A DNA stretch of 64,000 nucleotides from Lama glama. Lineage: Eukaryota. Both the position numbers and the translations under genes were made by a program. Of this stretch, positions 62,776-64,000 are shown one piece after another. Under the pieces are notes generated by a model. The model was not told the DNA's origin. It searched no databases and saw nothing but the letters and a program-made list of their open reading frames with translations. Location of the stretch: positions 7,194,001-7,258,000 of the forward strand of contig CM052817.1 in the NCBI GenBank assembly GCA_028534125.1, in the 5' to 3' direction. Position 1 is the stretch's first letter. Each line of letters begins with the position of its first letter.

Positions 62776-63546
62776 AATTAATAATTCCGACCCCATTACT
62801 AGTTTCCCTGCTGGACACCAAGTGTACAACAATATGGGAACACATTGAGAGGTCTCTGAGTCTTGCCTTTTCTTTTTGTTTTGGTTGCCTTTGGATTTTG
62901 GCTTACTAGGTTTTTCTTTTGTTCATTTTGTTTTTGTTGAATTCCTAGCACATGGGAAAACTGAAACCCAAAATAAATGAAACCCATCAAAGCCAAGGTT
63001 TCTAATTCCTTGAATGTTTCAAACTAAGACTCTGGTGAAGAGGTAGAAGATGGCAGTAACTATTGTGTATCACAGCTACCTTTTACTCTTGGAAATACGT
63101 GATTATTTGTATTTCCAATGGGAAAAAATCTTGAAAATGTTTCAAAATGTAATTATGGGTGAGGTTCCCTCTTCGTCTTCCAGAGACTGCATCTTAACTG
63201 TTAGAAGTCTATACAATATTTATAAATTATGACTGTTTTTTCGTTTATATTTTCCCTCATTGTGAATGTTTACTTCTTTAATTGCTTAAAATTTGTTATT
63301 CATTCGAAAAGGCACAGCCAAAATGGCCCCATTGGCTTGCTGTTTGTGTCTTTAAATTTCCTAACTGCCAGTATTCTTATGTCTGATTTGACTATGATTT
63401 TCAACTTCCTGGGATTCTGAATAAGTTCTTGAGACTCCTGAGGTGTCAGATGCATTTGTGAAAGTTCTAACAGAGCTACTAGATTCAACCAAGCTGAACT
63501 TTCCAGCAAACCTAATGTTTATACTTAAGGAAGAAATAGAAATGCA

Positions 63547-63687
63547 AAATAATAATAATTAATAATAATAATAATAAAATAATGAAAATGAATATATGTA
63601 TATTCATGTATGACTGAAAAATTGTACTGTACACCAGAAATTGACAGAATATTGTAAACTGACTATACCTCAAAAAAATAATAAAAA
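63547..63687 (+). mobile_element. Young lineage-specific L1 3' end with a 16-bp TSD
   Basis: catgtatgactgaaaaattgtactgtacaccagaaattgac...tgtaaactgactatac plus A-tail; TSD aagaaatagaa(a/t)tgca at 63531-63546 and 63688-63703. Confidence 0.92.
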
Positions 63688-64000
63688 AAGAAATAGAATT
63701 GCACGTTTTCCCCTCAGTTCCACTCAGTCAGGTAATGGATAGGTCAAAATGATGACTTCAGCTTAGATGAGATACTGCTCAGCCCTTCTAGTAGAGAGGT
63801 AATCATAAAAACGTCCGTTCCCTCTCTCTCTTTCTCTCTCATTTCTTTCTTCTATCCCAAACTTAATCAAATGGAGTCAACAAGAGCTGTCCAACATGCA
63901 GTCAACAAGAGAGCAGTTACAGATTAGACCAGGCATAGGAATGAAACGTTAGATTTAAACATCACAACCTATATTTAACTTTCTCTGTAAGAAAGGGGAA

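Noticed and set aside
1..64000. CRISPR arrays, tRNA/rRNA genes, prokaryotic systems, CpG-island promoter
   Set aside because: None seen; the sequence is CpG-depleted mammalian DNA.

Overview
Mammalian nuclear DNA, probably a camelid: several short young L1 3' ends of the TGTACACCAGAAATTGAC type, and no ruminant or pig SINEs that I recognise. There are two 500-N scaffold gaps. I find no intact protein-coding gene; the ORF track is repeat-derived or chance. The window is rich in repeats: MaLR/ERV LTRs including a two-LTR MLT1 provirus, L1, L2, MIR, MER58A, and a ~3.3 kb Tigger2-type transposon nested in a near full-length old L1. The most interesting signal, read by eye, is a chain of heavily decayed + strand exon remnants at ~4.3-29.1 kb. 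They have splice sites, mostly phase-1 junctions, and recoverable Cys/Trp skeletons of signal peptide, sushi/CCP, EGF-like and C-type lectin modules, plus a large low-complexity spacer exon. I infer an ancient unitary pseudogene of a secreted sushi-EGF-C-type-lectin protein that I cannot match to a named mammalian gene. Single exon calls are weak to moderate; the support is their collective order, strand and phase. Repeat family names come from remembered consensus sequences, not a search.
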